Below are positions 7,692 through 15,879 of a DNA stretch of 64,000 nucleotides, piece by piece. Source of the DNA: Candidatus Zixiibacteriota bacterium. Its GTDB lineage: Bacteria; Zixibacteria; MSB-5A5; SM23-73-2. Every line of letters starts with the position of its first letter. The first letter of the stretch is position 1. The notes below the pieces were generated by a model, which was not told the DNA's origin, searched no databases, and saw only the letters and a list, made by a program, of their open reading frames with translations. The stretch lies in NCBI GenBank assembly GCA_030615745.1, contig JAUWYR010000001.1:29959-93958 (forward strand), written 5' to 3'. The position numbers and the translations under genes were made by a program.

Positions 7692-7761
7692 TATAAAGAC
7701 AGTTCACTCCTTTCTTTGATGTCATCACAAAAGATAGATAAACAGATCCTAATTTGCCTTG

Positions 7762-7787
7762 AGGGAGGGTCGTTTCCGGCCCTCCCT
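7762..7787 (-). other. Intra-operon stem-loop AGGGAGGG(TC) / (GG)CCCTCCCT just 3' of the DUF3347 gene.
   Basis: Read directly. There is no U-tract, so it is more likely a processing or stability hairpin than a terminator. Confidence 0.4.
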
Positions 7788-7799
7788 TAAAGTCAAAAT

Positions 7800-8387
7800 C
7801 TATTTACCTTCCATTTCCTTCATATGCATTGCGGGCTCGGATTCGCCACCAGCTTCTTCGATGAATTTCCCGTTCTGCGTCATCCCGGTCATTTCTCCAC
7901 ACTTATACATCTTGGAGCCGTAGTAGGGGTTGCCTATCTGATCATTTTCCTGTAGCCAGCTTTCTTTTATCATGGAGCAGTGAAAACTGTAAGCTTTGCC
8001 TGAAAAACCGAACCATTTGACATAATCTATCGTAGCCTGTGAAAGGGAAGCAAATCCTTTACGCGCCTCTTCCAGATTACCAGCTTTCAAATTAGATGAG
8101 CTGGTTTGAATCCGCTCTAAAGCTTTAATCAGGTTTCCCAGCTGGACTGACATCTCCTGAGCATGGGTGCTCACCTGGTCGACTTTATCCTGGGCTAAAA
8201 GCTCCCGAATGGCAAAATAGTGTTTGAAAATTTCAGCCATCTCATCTGATGTGGTGACTTCTTCTTTTGCCGAAGCTTCCAAAGGCTTTTCCTCAGATTT
8301 CTGATCTGCCAAAACGGGACTTGAAAAAATTCCCAAAATGAATAAACCCAAGGTTAAAATGACGGTTAATTTAATCTGTTTTTTCAT
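7800..8387 (-). CDS. Secreted DUF3347-like metal-island protein
   Basis: 195 aa with a signal peptide. The C-terminal ...FHCSMIKESWLQENDQIGNPYYGSKMYKCGE resembles the DUF3347 signature (C-x-M...WLQ...I-x-NPYyG..M..CG). Confidence 0.6.
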   Translation of the reverse strand: MKKQIKLTVILTLGLFILGIFSSPVLADQKSEEKPLEASAKEEVTTSDEMAEIFKHYFAIRELLAQDKVDQVSTHAQEMSVQLGNLIKALERIQTSSSNLKAGNLEEARKGFASLSQATIDYVKWFGFSGKAYSFHCSMIKESWLQENDQIGNPYYGSKMYKCGEMTGMTQNGKFIEEAGGESEPAMHMKEMEGK

Positions 8388-8491
8388 CTTTTTTCCTCCA
8401 GGGATAAAAGATTAACGGTTTACATGCATTTAAGCGAGACAAAACTTCAGATATCTGCTTTGTTGATTTTCACATAGCACACCTCCTTGAT

Positions 8492-11400
8492 TTAATCAGA
8501 TTTAGTATCTTCTTTTTCTGTCTCCTCTTTTAAACTCCAGCCCTTGACAATTGCATATATGGCTGGGATTATTATCAAAGTCAGGACAGTGGAGCTAATT
8601 AGTCCCCCTACCATGGGAGAGGCCATTCGCTTCATCACCTGTGAGCCGGTGCCATGTCCGATCATTAAAGGAAGAAGACCGATCATGGTGGTAACCACAG
8701 TCATAAGCTTTGGTCTAACCCTTTCCACCGCTCCCTCGATTATGGCTGAATGTAAATTAGATAGGGTATTAAGTTTTCCTTGTCGCTTAAAACGATGATA
8801 AGCTTCTTCCAAATATACCAACATCACCACACCCGTCTCGGCTGCCAGTCCACCCAGAGCGATAAAACCCACATACACAGCTACACTGGTATTGAACCCC
8901 AAAAAATACAACAACCACACTCCACCCACCAGAGAAAAAGGTAAGGAAAGCATAACTGTCAGGCTGTTGGTCATATTTTTGAAATGGAAGAACAAAAGTA
9001 AAAAGATGATGATGATAGTAATAGGAATAACAATTCTGAAACGCTTAGCAGCTGCCTGCATATATTCGTATTGTCCACTCCAGATGATATTATAGCCGGC
9101 TGGGATGTCTATCTCTTGGGCTACCACCTGCTGAGCTCTTTTGACATAAGTTCCCACATCGATTCCCTTAATATCAACATAAACCCAGGCAGTTCGCCGG
9201 GCGTTTTCTGATTTGATAGCAGGTGGTCCCTTTTTTATCTCGATATCAGCTACCTGAGTGATGGGGATTTGTGCTCCGGTTAGCGTGGGTATTAAGATCC
9301 TTTTTAAGCTGTTGAGGTCGTCGCGCAGTTCTCGAGGGTAGCGAACGTTAACCGGGTAGCGTTCCAACCCCTCAATGGTATAGGTCACATTCATACCCCC
9401 AACCGCAGACATGATCACATCCTGAACATCCCCTACCGTCAGTCCATACCTCGCTGCCTCCTCCCTTTTGATCTTATAATCCAAATAATTGCCGCCCACT
9501 ACTCTTTCAGAGTAAACAGAAAGTGTCCCTGGGACTTTTCTCACTACGGCTTCTATTCGTTCCCCTATGGCGGATAGGGTGTCAAGGTTTGCGCCCATTA
9601 TCTTGATTCCCACAGGGGTCTTGATCCCAGTGGAAAGCATGTCAATCCTGGTTTTAATAGGCATAGTCCAGGCATTGGTTAGTCCCGGAAACTGTATAGC
9701 CTTATCCAGCTCATCCACCAATTTTTCTGGAGTCATCCCGGGACGCCACTCTTCCTCTGGCTTTAACATTATGGTAGTTTCAATCATGGTCAAAGGAGCT
9801 GGGTCGGTTGCAGTCTCTGCTCTTCCGATCTTGCCGAAAACAGTTTTTACCTCAGGAAATGAAGCAATGATTTTATCCGTCTGTTGGAGGAGTTCCTTTG
9901 CTTTGGTGATTGATATTCCGGGAAAAGTCGTAGGCATATAAAGTAAATCGCCCTCATAAAGTGGAGGCATGAATTCAGAGCCCAACTTGGAAGCGGGATA
10001 GAAGGTTATGCCTAAAATGATTATAGCCGCTAAAATGGTTAGCCACTTGAAACGTAGCACCAATTTGATGAAGGGCATATAAAGGGCTATGAAAAAACGG
10101 GAGATGGGATTTTTCTTCTCCGGCAGGATTTTCCCCTTTATCACCACCACCATCAGAGCAGGAATTACGGTGATGGCAAGCAGAGCTGCGGAAGCCATAG
10201 CAAAGGTCTTAGTATAAGCCAGCGGCTTGAACAGCCTTCCAGACTGCTCCCCTAAGGCAAAGACCGGGAAGAAGGAGACGGTTATAATTAAAAGTGCATA
10301 AAAAAGGGCTGGACCCACCTCTTTGGCCGCATCCATTATAATTTGCCAGTGCTCCTTTTTCCCCTTATCCCGTTCCAAATGTTTATGAGCATTTTCCACC
10401 ATCACCACTGAAGCATCCACCATCACTCCTATGGCAATGGCAATTCCTCCCAAGGACATGATGTTGGCATTTATTTTCAGATAGTTCATGACGATGAAAG
10501 ACATCAAGACCCCGGCTGGTAGGGTGAACATAGCTACTAAAGCGCTTCGGGCATGTAATAAGAAAATCATACAGATCAAGGCTACCACGAGGATCTCCTC
10601 GATCAGCTTTCCTTTCAAGTTGTTTATAGCCCGATATATGAGCCCGGAACGGTCATAAACCGGTTTGATCTTCACCCCAGGAGGCAAACCTGGTTTCAGT
10701 TCGTCTAACTTCTTTTTAACGTTTTTGATCACCTCTAAGGCGTTTTCGCCAAAGCGCATCACAATTATTCCCCCCACCACCTCCCCTAAGCCATCCTTTT
10801 CCGCAATTCCTCGACGAAGCTCAGGACCAATTTTGATCTGAGCAACGTTTCTTAATAGAATTGGGGTCCCGTCCTGGTCTATTCCCAAAGGAACATTTTT
10901 TAAATCCTCAATGGATTGAATATAGCCCAATCCTCTCACCATGAATTCGGCCTCGGCCATCTCTATCAAACGGCCGCCCACATCGCTGTTAGACCTCTTT
11001 ATAGCCATCTTCACTTTGGAAAGTGGAATGTTATATGCTAAAAGCTTGTTCGGATCAACCTCCACCTGGTATTGTTTAACATATCCCCCTACCGAGGCGA
11101 CCTCAGAAACACCTGGAACAGAGGTTAGCTCGTATTTTAAATACCAGTCCTGAATGCTGCGCAGATCAGAAAGATCCAGATTCCCGCTTTCATCCTCCAC
11201 CGTGTATTCATACACCCACCCCACCCCGGTAGCATCGGGTCCTAGCTGAGGAGTTACCCCTGGGGGCAGACGCCCAGAGATAAAGCTTAAATACTCCAAG
11301 ACCCGAGAGCGAGCCCAATAAAGATCGGTGCCATCCTCAAAGATGATATAGACAAATGAGAAACCAAAGAAGGAGTATCCTCTGACTACCTTGGCATAGG

Positions 11401-11629
11401 GAACAGAAAGCATAGCGGTGGTCAGAGGATAGGTAACTTGATCCTCCACCACCTGAGGAGCTTGACCCGGGTATTCGGTATAAATTATCACCTGCACATC
11501 CGAAAGGTCAGGGATGGCGTCTAAAGCGATGTTTTGGATTGCATACGCTCCTCCCAGAAAAACGAATATCGCTACAAGGAAGATGATATACTTATTCCTG
11601 ATCGAATATTCTATGACCTTTTCAACCAT
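8492..11629 (-). CDS. cusA: Heavy-metal efflux RND permease, CusA-like (monovalent Cu/Ag type)
   Basis: 1045 aa. TM4 reads GGIAIAIGVMVDASVVMVENAHKHL, which resembles CusA (AxxxMVDAxxVMxENA) rather than the CzcA D-x5-D-x6-E relay. Confidence 0.88.
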   Translation of the reverse strand: MVEKVIEYSIRNKYIIFLVAIFVFLGGAYAIQNIALDAIPDLSDVQVIIYTEYPGQAPQVVEDQVTYPLTTAMLSVPYAKVVRGYSFFGFSFVYIIFEDGTDLYWARSRVLEYLSFISGRLPPGVTPQLGPDATGVGWVYEYTVEDESGNLDLSDLRSIQDWYLKYELTSVPGVSEVASVGGYVKQYQVEVDPNKLLAYNIPLSKVKMAIKRSNSDVGGRLIEMAEAEFMVRGLGYIQSIEDLKNVPLGIDQDGTPILLRNVAQIKIGPELRRGIAEKDGLGEVVGGIIVMRFGENALEVIKNVKKKLDELKPGLPPGVKIKPVYDRSGLIYRAINNLKGKLIEEILVVALICMIFLLHARSALVAMFTLPAGVLMSFIVMNYLKINANIMSLGGIAIAIGVMVDASVVMVENAHKHLERDKGKKEHWQIIMDAAKEVGPALFYALLIITVSFFPVFALGEQSGRLFKPLAYTKTFAMASAALLAITVIPALMVVVIKGKILPEKKNPISRFFIALYMPFIKLVLRFKWLTILAAIIILGITFYPASKLGSEFMPPLYEGDLLYMPTTFPGISITKAKELLQQTDKIIASFPEVKTVFGKIGRAETATDPAPLTMIETTIMLKPEEEWRPGMTPEKLVDELDKAIQFPGLTNAWTMPIKTRIDMLSTGIKTPVGIKIMGANLDTLSAIGERIEAVVRKVPGTLSVYSERVVGGNYLDYKIKREEAARYGLTVGDVQDVIMSAVGGMNVTYTIEGLERYPVNVRYPRELRDDLNSLKRILIPTLTGAQIPITQVADIEIKKGPPAIKSENARRTAWVYVDIKGIDVGTYVKRAQQVVAQEIDIPAGYNIIWSGQYEYMQAAAKRFRIVIPITIIIIFLLLFFHFKNMTNSLTVMLSLPFSLVGGVWLLYFLGFNTSVAVYVGFIALGGLAAETGVVMLVYLEEAYHRFKRQGKLNTLSNLHSAIIEGAVERVRPKLMTVVTTMIGLLPLMIGHGTGSQVMKRMASPMVGGLISSTVLTLIIIPAIYAIVKGWSLKEETEKEDTKSD

Positions 11630-11631
11630 AG

Positions 11632-13386
11632 CTATTTGCTCCTTTTTTTAGATTCCAGTTTTATTAACTCCATGCCGCACTCCGGGCATTTCCCTGGCAC
11701 ATTAGAAAGGATATGATGATGCTCCTCCATGGGACAGGTATAAACATCTCTGTCCGTTTCGGTGATTGGCACCAAATCCATCCCGCATTCAGGACATTTA
11801 CCCGGTCCTACCTGAAGTATATGACTATGCTCATCCATTGGGCAGGTGTAGACCTCCTCGGCATACTCTGCCTTTTTTTCAGGGGTAAGATTCAGATTCT
11901 TGACCTCAAGCTGTGCACCCTCATGAACATGCTCCTCTTCTTTTTTTATAACCGGTATCCTTTCCACTTCAACCTCTTTTGAAGTGTCCATCTTAGCCTT
12001 AATCATCTTTTGAATTGCTTCTTGGGTCTTGCTTTCAGAATCGAGCATGAACTGAGCGGAGACTACCACCACTTCATTCGGAAGAAGTCCTTCTTTAACC
12101 GCCAGGACCCCTCCCTCACCACTAACTCCGGTTATGATTTCTCTGGGTGTATATTTCCCCTCACCTATATCCACAAAAACTATCTCCCTTTTACCTGACC
12201 GAATCACCGCCTCCTCGGGAATCAGAGTTCTTTCCCCGGAGAGCTCAGATTCAATTACCACATTAGTATACATATCCGGCTTGAGTTTGAATCCGGGATT
12301 GGAAAACTCCAGGCGCACCTTTACATCACGTGTCTTTTGACTTAAATAAGGATAGATGTAGGTTAATTTTCCCTCGAAGGTCTCACCTGGAACATAGGGC
12401 AAAGTTATGGTGGCTTTCTGTCCCAGCTTTATATAGGGGAGCTCATATTCATAGATCGTGGCTAACACCCAAACGGTTGAAAGATCAGCTATCCGGAAAA
12501 GATCTGATCCTGCTTTAACATAACCTCCTTCGATAGCGTTTTTATGGATCACTACCCCTTTTGTTAGTGAATAGATGGTCAAAGTTTTTTTGACCTCCCC
12601 GGTTTGTTCCAATCTTCTGATCTGGTCTTCATTGATATCCCAGTATTCTAACCGCCTGCGTGAGGAATTCAGAAGTTCTAAGGCACCCTCTCTGGCTTCC
12701 TTAAAGGGGCTATCTTTAAGTTCTTGATAGCCCTTCAAAGAGGTTAAATATTCTTCCTGAGTGCTGACCAACTCCGGTGAATATAATTCCAGAAGTGGTT
12801 GCCCTTTTTCCACCACCTCCCCAGTGGTGTTTACATAAAGTTTCTCGATCCAACCTGCGATTTTGGTGTTAATGATGTAAAGCTTCTTCTCATCGTAATC
12901 GATATGTCCCACAGTTCGGATGGTGCGGGTCAAATTACCGGTTTTAACCGGTGCAGTTCTGAGACCCATATTTTGAACAGTAACAGGGTCTATAAAGATA
13001 GCACCCTCTGCTATCTCATCTTCATAAACAGGTATCAAATCCATTCCCATGGGAGATTTGCCTGCCTTATCCGAAATATAAGTTGGGTCCATGGGCGCTC
13101 GCCAGTATTTGATTTTTCGCTCTCCTTTGGGTTTAGTGGTGCCAGCAGAGGCACTTTTAATGGGGGTCAACTTCATTCCACAGACAGGACAGTTCCCTGG
13201 TCCCTCTTGAATTATCTCTGGATGCATACCACAGGAATAAAGTTGCTTAACAGAAGCCTCTCCCATTTGGACCAAATCCTTCGGACCAGAGGATCTTTTT
13301 CCCATTAAGAAGCCTAAAGCAACCCCAACGGTCAAAGTTAGAATTGCCACCAAAATGATTGTAAGCAATTTTGTTTTCTTTTGCAT
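11632..13386 (-). CDS. cusB: RND periplasmic adaptor (CusB-like) carrying three heavy-metal-binding YxCxMH...CPxCGM modules
   Basis: Tracked ORF 11632-13434, start moved to ATG 13386 (AAAGGAGAGAG RBS). Modules: YSCGMHPEIIQEGPGNCPVCGMKL (N-terminal), YTCPMDEHSHILQVGPGKCPECGMDL and YTCPMEEHHHILSNVPGKCPECGMEL (C-terminal). Confidence 0.85.
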   Translation of the reverse strand: MQKKTKLLTIILVAILTLTVGVALGFLMGKRSSGPKDLVQMGEASVKQLYSCGMHPEIIQEGPGNCPVCGMKLTPIKSASAGTTKPKGERKIKYWRAPMDPTYISDKAGKSPMGMDLIPVYEDEIAEGAIFIDPVTVQNMGLRTAPVKTGNLTRTIRTVGHIDYDEKKLYIINTKIAGWIEKLYVNTTGEVVEKGQPLLELYSPELVSTQEEYLTSLKGYQELKDSPFKEAREGALELLNSSRRRLEYWDINEDQIRRLEQTGEVKKTLTIYSLTKGVVIHKNAIEGGYVKAGSDLFRIADLSTVWVLATIYEYELPYIKLGQKATITLPYVPGETFEGKLTYIYPYLSQKTRDVKVRLEFSNPGFKLKPDMYTNVVIESELSGERTLIPEEAVIRSGKREIVFVDIGEGKYTPREIITGVSGEGGVLAVKEGLLPNEVVVVSAQFMLDSESKTQEAIQKMIKAKMDTSKEVEVERIPVIKKEEEHVHEGAQLEVKNLNLTPEKKAEYAEEVYTCPMDEHSHILQVGPGKCPECGMDLVPITETDRDVYTCPMEEHHHILSNVPGKCPECGMELIKLESKKRSK

Positions 13387-13402
13387 AAAGCTCTCTCCTT
13401 TT

Positions 13403-14728
13403 TTATAGTAATGATTTGCCCACCATCTCCTCAAGTCTGGCGATGGTTTTGAAATAAGAACTCAAAGCCTGATGATGGGCTATCTCATAATTGAAAAGGG
13501 TCACCTGATTGTTTAGCAAAGTCAGAAAATCGACTTTATTCACCTGATAGCCAGACTTGGCGGACTCAAGGGACTGCCGAGCTTGAGGCAGGATAGCGGT
13601 CTGGTAAAGTTGGACTTCTTTTTTGAATTTGTTCAAGGAATAAAATAACTTCGACACCCCAAGCTTCACATAATTTTCGCCACCCTCATATTCTTGACGG
13701 GACGATTCTAAATCTAAAGATTTTTCCTGAACCTTTTTTTTCTGTTTAGACCAAAAGTAAAGCGGGATATTTATACCCGCAGAAAAAGAGACGAAATCCT
13801 TTCCTTTTACTGGATCCATCTTTACCTCATCTCTGATCCGGTAACTGGCTGATAAGGTGAAATCGGGCCAATACTCCCGGAGAGCTAAATCATAAGCTGA
13901 CTGAGATGCACTCACAAAAAACCCTTTTCCCTTTAAATAAGGATTGGTTTCTAAGGCTAAGCTTTGCAACTTCTCCTCGGAATAAGGGAATTCTTGGAAA
14001 GTTAAATCTGAAGCTTTCCCTAATGAATCCTGCGGATTCCGATTGAGCAGAATGTTTATCTTGGCCTGAATGATTTTTCTCATCTCCTCTAAGGAAATAA
14101 GTTTATCTATCATCTTGGAGACCTCCACTTGAGCTTTCAGAACATCCTGCTGGATTCCTCTGCCTACCGAATATTTGGTGGAAGCTATGCGAGCAAGATC
14201 TTCTATTAGCAATTTGTTCTTCTGGGTAATCTCAATCGATTTCTGCAATAGGTAAAGTTGATAGTAATTTTGTTTCAGTTCACTCAGGATGAAGTTTTTA
14301 GTGGATTTATAGCCTTCCTTTGTTTTTTGGGCTAAACTTCTGGTGGTTTTCTCGGCAAGCCCCAGCTTTCCCGGGAAGGGGATTTTCTGAGTTAGCATCA
14401 ACTCCAGTCCGCTCATGGGAGTCTGATCGAAAGACCAGGAATCTATGGGTAGATTGGAGCCTACCATTTTGAAAAAAGGATCGGGAAGTGATCCAGCCTG
14501 AGGCACCTTTGCCTCAAAGGCTTTGTAGCGAAGTTCAGCAGCTTTCAGGTCCGGATTGGCTCTGAGAGCTTCAGTGATCAGGGAATCTAAGATTAGCTCT
14601 TGTGCCAGGCTCGGCTGCGACATTAGTGTGAGAAGGCTCAAACAAATTGCCAGCCCACACCTAAAAAAAGATAGTCTCAATTTAACCTCCTTAAGTAAAA
14701 GACAAAAACACCCCCAAAGGGGCAACAA
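13403..14728 (-). CDS. cusC: TolC-family outer-membrane factor of the efflux pump
   Basis: 441 aa. Two-repeat OMF pattern (LSLDSLITEALRANPDLKAAE..., ...LALETNPYLK...) and a signal-like N-terminus. The exact start is uncertain. Confidence 0.8.
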   Translation of the reverse strand: MLPLWGCFCLLLKEVKLRLSFFRCGLAICLSLLTLMSQPSLAQELILDSLITEALRANPDLKAAELRYKAFEAKVPQAGSLPDPFFKMVGSNLPIDSWSFDQTPMSGLELMLTQKIPFPGKLGLAEKTTRSLAQKTKEGYKSTKNFILSELKQNYYQLYLLQKSIEITQKNKLLIEDLARIASTKYSVGRGIQQDVLKAQVEVSKMIDKLISLEEMRKIIQAKINILLNRNPQDSLGKASDLTFQEFPYSEEKLQSLALETNPYLKGKGFFVSASQSAYDLALREYWPDFTLSASYRIRDEVKMDPVKGKDFVSFSAGINIPLYFWSKQKKKVQEKSLDLESSRQEYEGGENYVKLGVSKLFYSLNKFKKEVQLYQTAILPQARQSLESAKSGYQVNKVDFLTLLNNQVTLFNYEIAHHQALSSYFKTIARLEEMVGKSLL

Positions 14729-14755
14729 AGCATTGCCTCTTAGCTTAAAGAGGTA

Positions 14756-15151
14756 TTAAATAAGAAAAGATGAATTAAGAAGATATAAGGGTGGGTCTCT
14801 GTTAAGGAGCACAAAAGGATAAGGATACAAGTTCGTAAGCTGGCTGGAATGATATTGGGTAATAAGTTCGACCTCCGATGTCAGCAAAATGGTCTTAGGT
14901 TTACCATCCTGGTGGGAAACAAGAACTGCAGGGGGACTCTCTTGTTTAGGATTTTCACTCATCTGACAGGGGCATTCGTTCTGCTCCATACCATTAGTTG
15001 GTGAGGGCTGAAAATAGCTCTCACAGCAGCAACAGGTGTTTTGCGATATGTCAGCTTTTTCGCAGGGGTCTCCAGAAACAGGTACAAAAAATAAAATGCT
15101 AACTATTAGAAGCAGTGCGATTTTTCCCACCATTTTTCTTTGTATCCTCAC
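14756..15151 (-). CDS. Secreted Cys-rich hypothetical protein, first gene of the efflux operon
   Basis: 131 aa with a signal or TM segment, then DPCEKADISQNTCCCCESYF...NECPCQM. No family recognised. It sits 27 nt upstream of cusC. Confidence 0.45.
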   Translation of the reverse strand: MRIQRKMVGKIALLLIVSILFFVPVSGDPCEKADISQNTCCCCESYFQPSPTNGMEQNECPCQMSENPKQESPPAVLVSHQDGKPKTILLTSEVELITQYHSSQLTNLYPYPFVLLNRDPPLYLLNSSFLI

Positions 15152-15318
15152 TTTCTATTCCCCGCTCTCAAAAAATTATCCTTGAACGTCAAAAACATAT
15201 ACCTATTCTATACGAAAAACTTCATCCTATTTGTTTGAAATATTGCTCATCTTGCAGAAATAGATTTTTTATTCTCATCGAAAAAGAAGGAATGCAAAAA
15301 CTTGTTTTTGCAATGTAG

Positions 15319-15354
15319 GGGAGCCCCTTGCCTGCCCGGCCAGGGTGGGCTCCC
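15319..15354 (+). repeat. Hairpin GGGAGCCC / GGGCTCCC enclosing the loop CTTGCCTGCCCGGCCAGGGT (family copy 2).
   Basis: Read directly. Confidence 0.7.
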
Positions 15355-15373
15355 TTGCAGAGTGATAAAAGAA

Positions 15374-15430
15374 GTAGGTCGAAATTCCAATTTCGACAAG
15401 ACAGATGTCGATTTTGGAAAATCGACCTAC
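15374..15430. repeat. Twin hairpins GTCGAAAT-tcca-ATTTCGAC and GTCGATTTT-gg-AAAATCGAC closed by GTAG/CTAC.
   Basis: Read directly; both stems are perfect. Confidence 0.6.
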
Positions 15431-15516
15431 GAACTTTTGGACGGGAGGGGTTCCCCCGCCAGAGGCGGGGGAATTCGCCAGGCTCAACAAGCCCCTCTCC
15501 TAATTGTTTTTGCATT

Positions 15517-15598
15517 GTCATTGCGAGGAACGAAGTAACGAAGCAATCTCATGAAATTTTCGCTACTTAGAGATTGCTTCGCTAACGCTCGCAATGAC
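15517..15598. repeat. 82-nt imperfect palindrome GTCATTGCGAG...GAAGCAATCTC / GAGATTGCTTC...CTCGCAATGAC.
   Basis: Read directly. A related copy lies at 18208-18276. This resembles a palindromic repeat I recall (unverified) from metagenomic candidate-phylum genomes. Confidence 0.7.
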
Positions 15599-15650
15599 GT
15601 TTCAAAAAGAAAGAGACGGGAGGGGATAAACCCCTCCCCTACAGTGTGCG

Positions 15651-15727
15651 TTTACTGTTTACCACCTACTGTTTACCGTTTACTGTTTTCTGTCTACCGT
15701 TTACCGTTTACTGTCCACTGTCTACTA
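15651..15727 (-). repeat. Heptamer tandem array, 11 units; it reads CRGTARR on the minus strand.
   Basis: The plus strand reads tttactg tttacca cctactg tttaccg tttactg ttttctg tctaccg tttaccg tttactg tccactg tctacta. The minus strand is the sense strand of both flanking genes. Confidence 0.8.
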
Positions 15728-15740
15728 ATCCGTTTCATCT

Positions 15741-15824
15741 GTTCCTCAAGGATGTTATCATCCTTGAGGAAATAGGTTGGGTGGGTACCTCTGCCTGGCC
15801 AGGGATAACATCCACTCTGAACGG
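15741..15824 (+). repeat. Mosaic repeat with modules M2 (15741-15770) and M3 (15788-15824).
   Basis: The M2 stem here is perfect (CCTCAAGGATG/CATCCTTGAGG), with changes in both arms relative to 4912-4940. Confidence 0.75.
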
Positions 15825-15879
15825 AAAACGTTCCGTTGGGGCAGAAGTTCAACTTCTGTCCTAACATATTTATTGATTT

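Noticed and set aside
15449-15479. GGTTCCCCCGCCAGAGGCGGGGGAATTCGCC resembles a type I-E style CRISPR repeat (GTTCCCCGC-loop-GCGGGGA...). A similar unit, GTTAAAGCCCCCCGCAAAATGCGGGGAATCTACGAC, lies at 34040-34076.
   Set aside because: Each is a single copy. No regularly spaced repeats or spacers and no cas genes occur in the window, so I treat them as isolated hairpin repeats.
15222-15570. A cluster of mutually overlapping tracked ORFs (15222-15521 -, 15275-15490 -, 15302-15538 +, 15328-15570 +).
   Set aside because: They overlap each other in several frames, run through palindromic repeats, and have Arg/Gly/Pro-rich low-plausibility sequences. The region is better explained as non-coding repeats.
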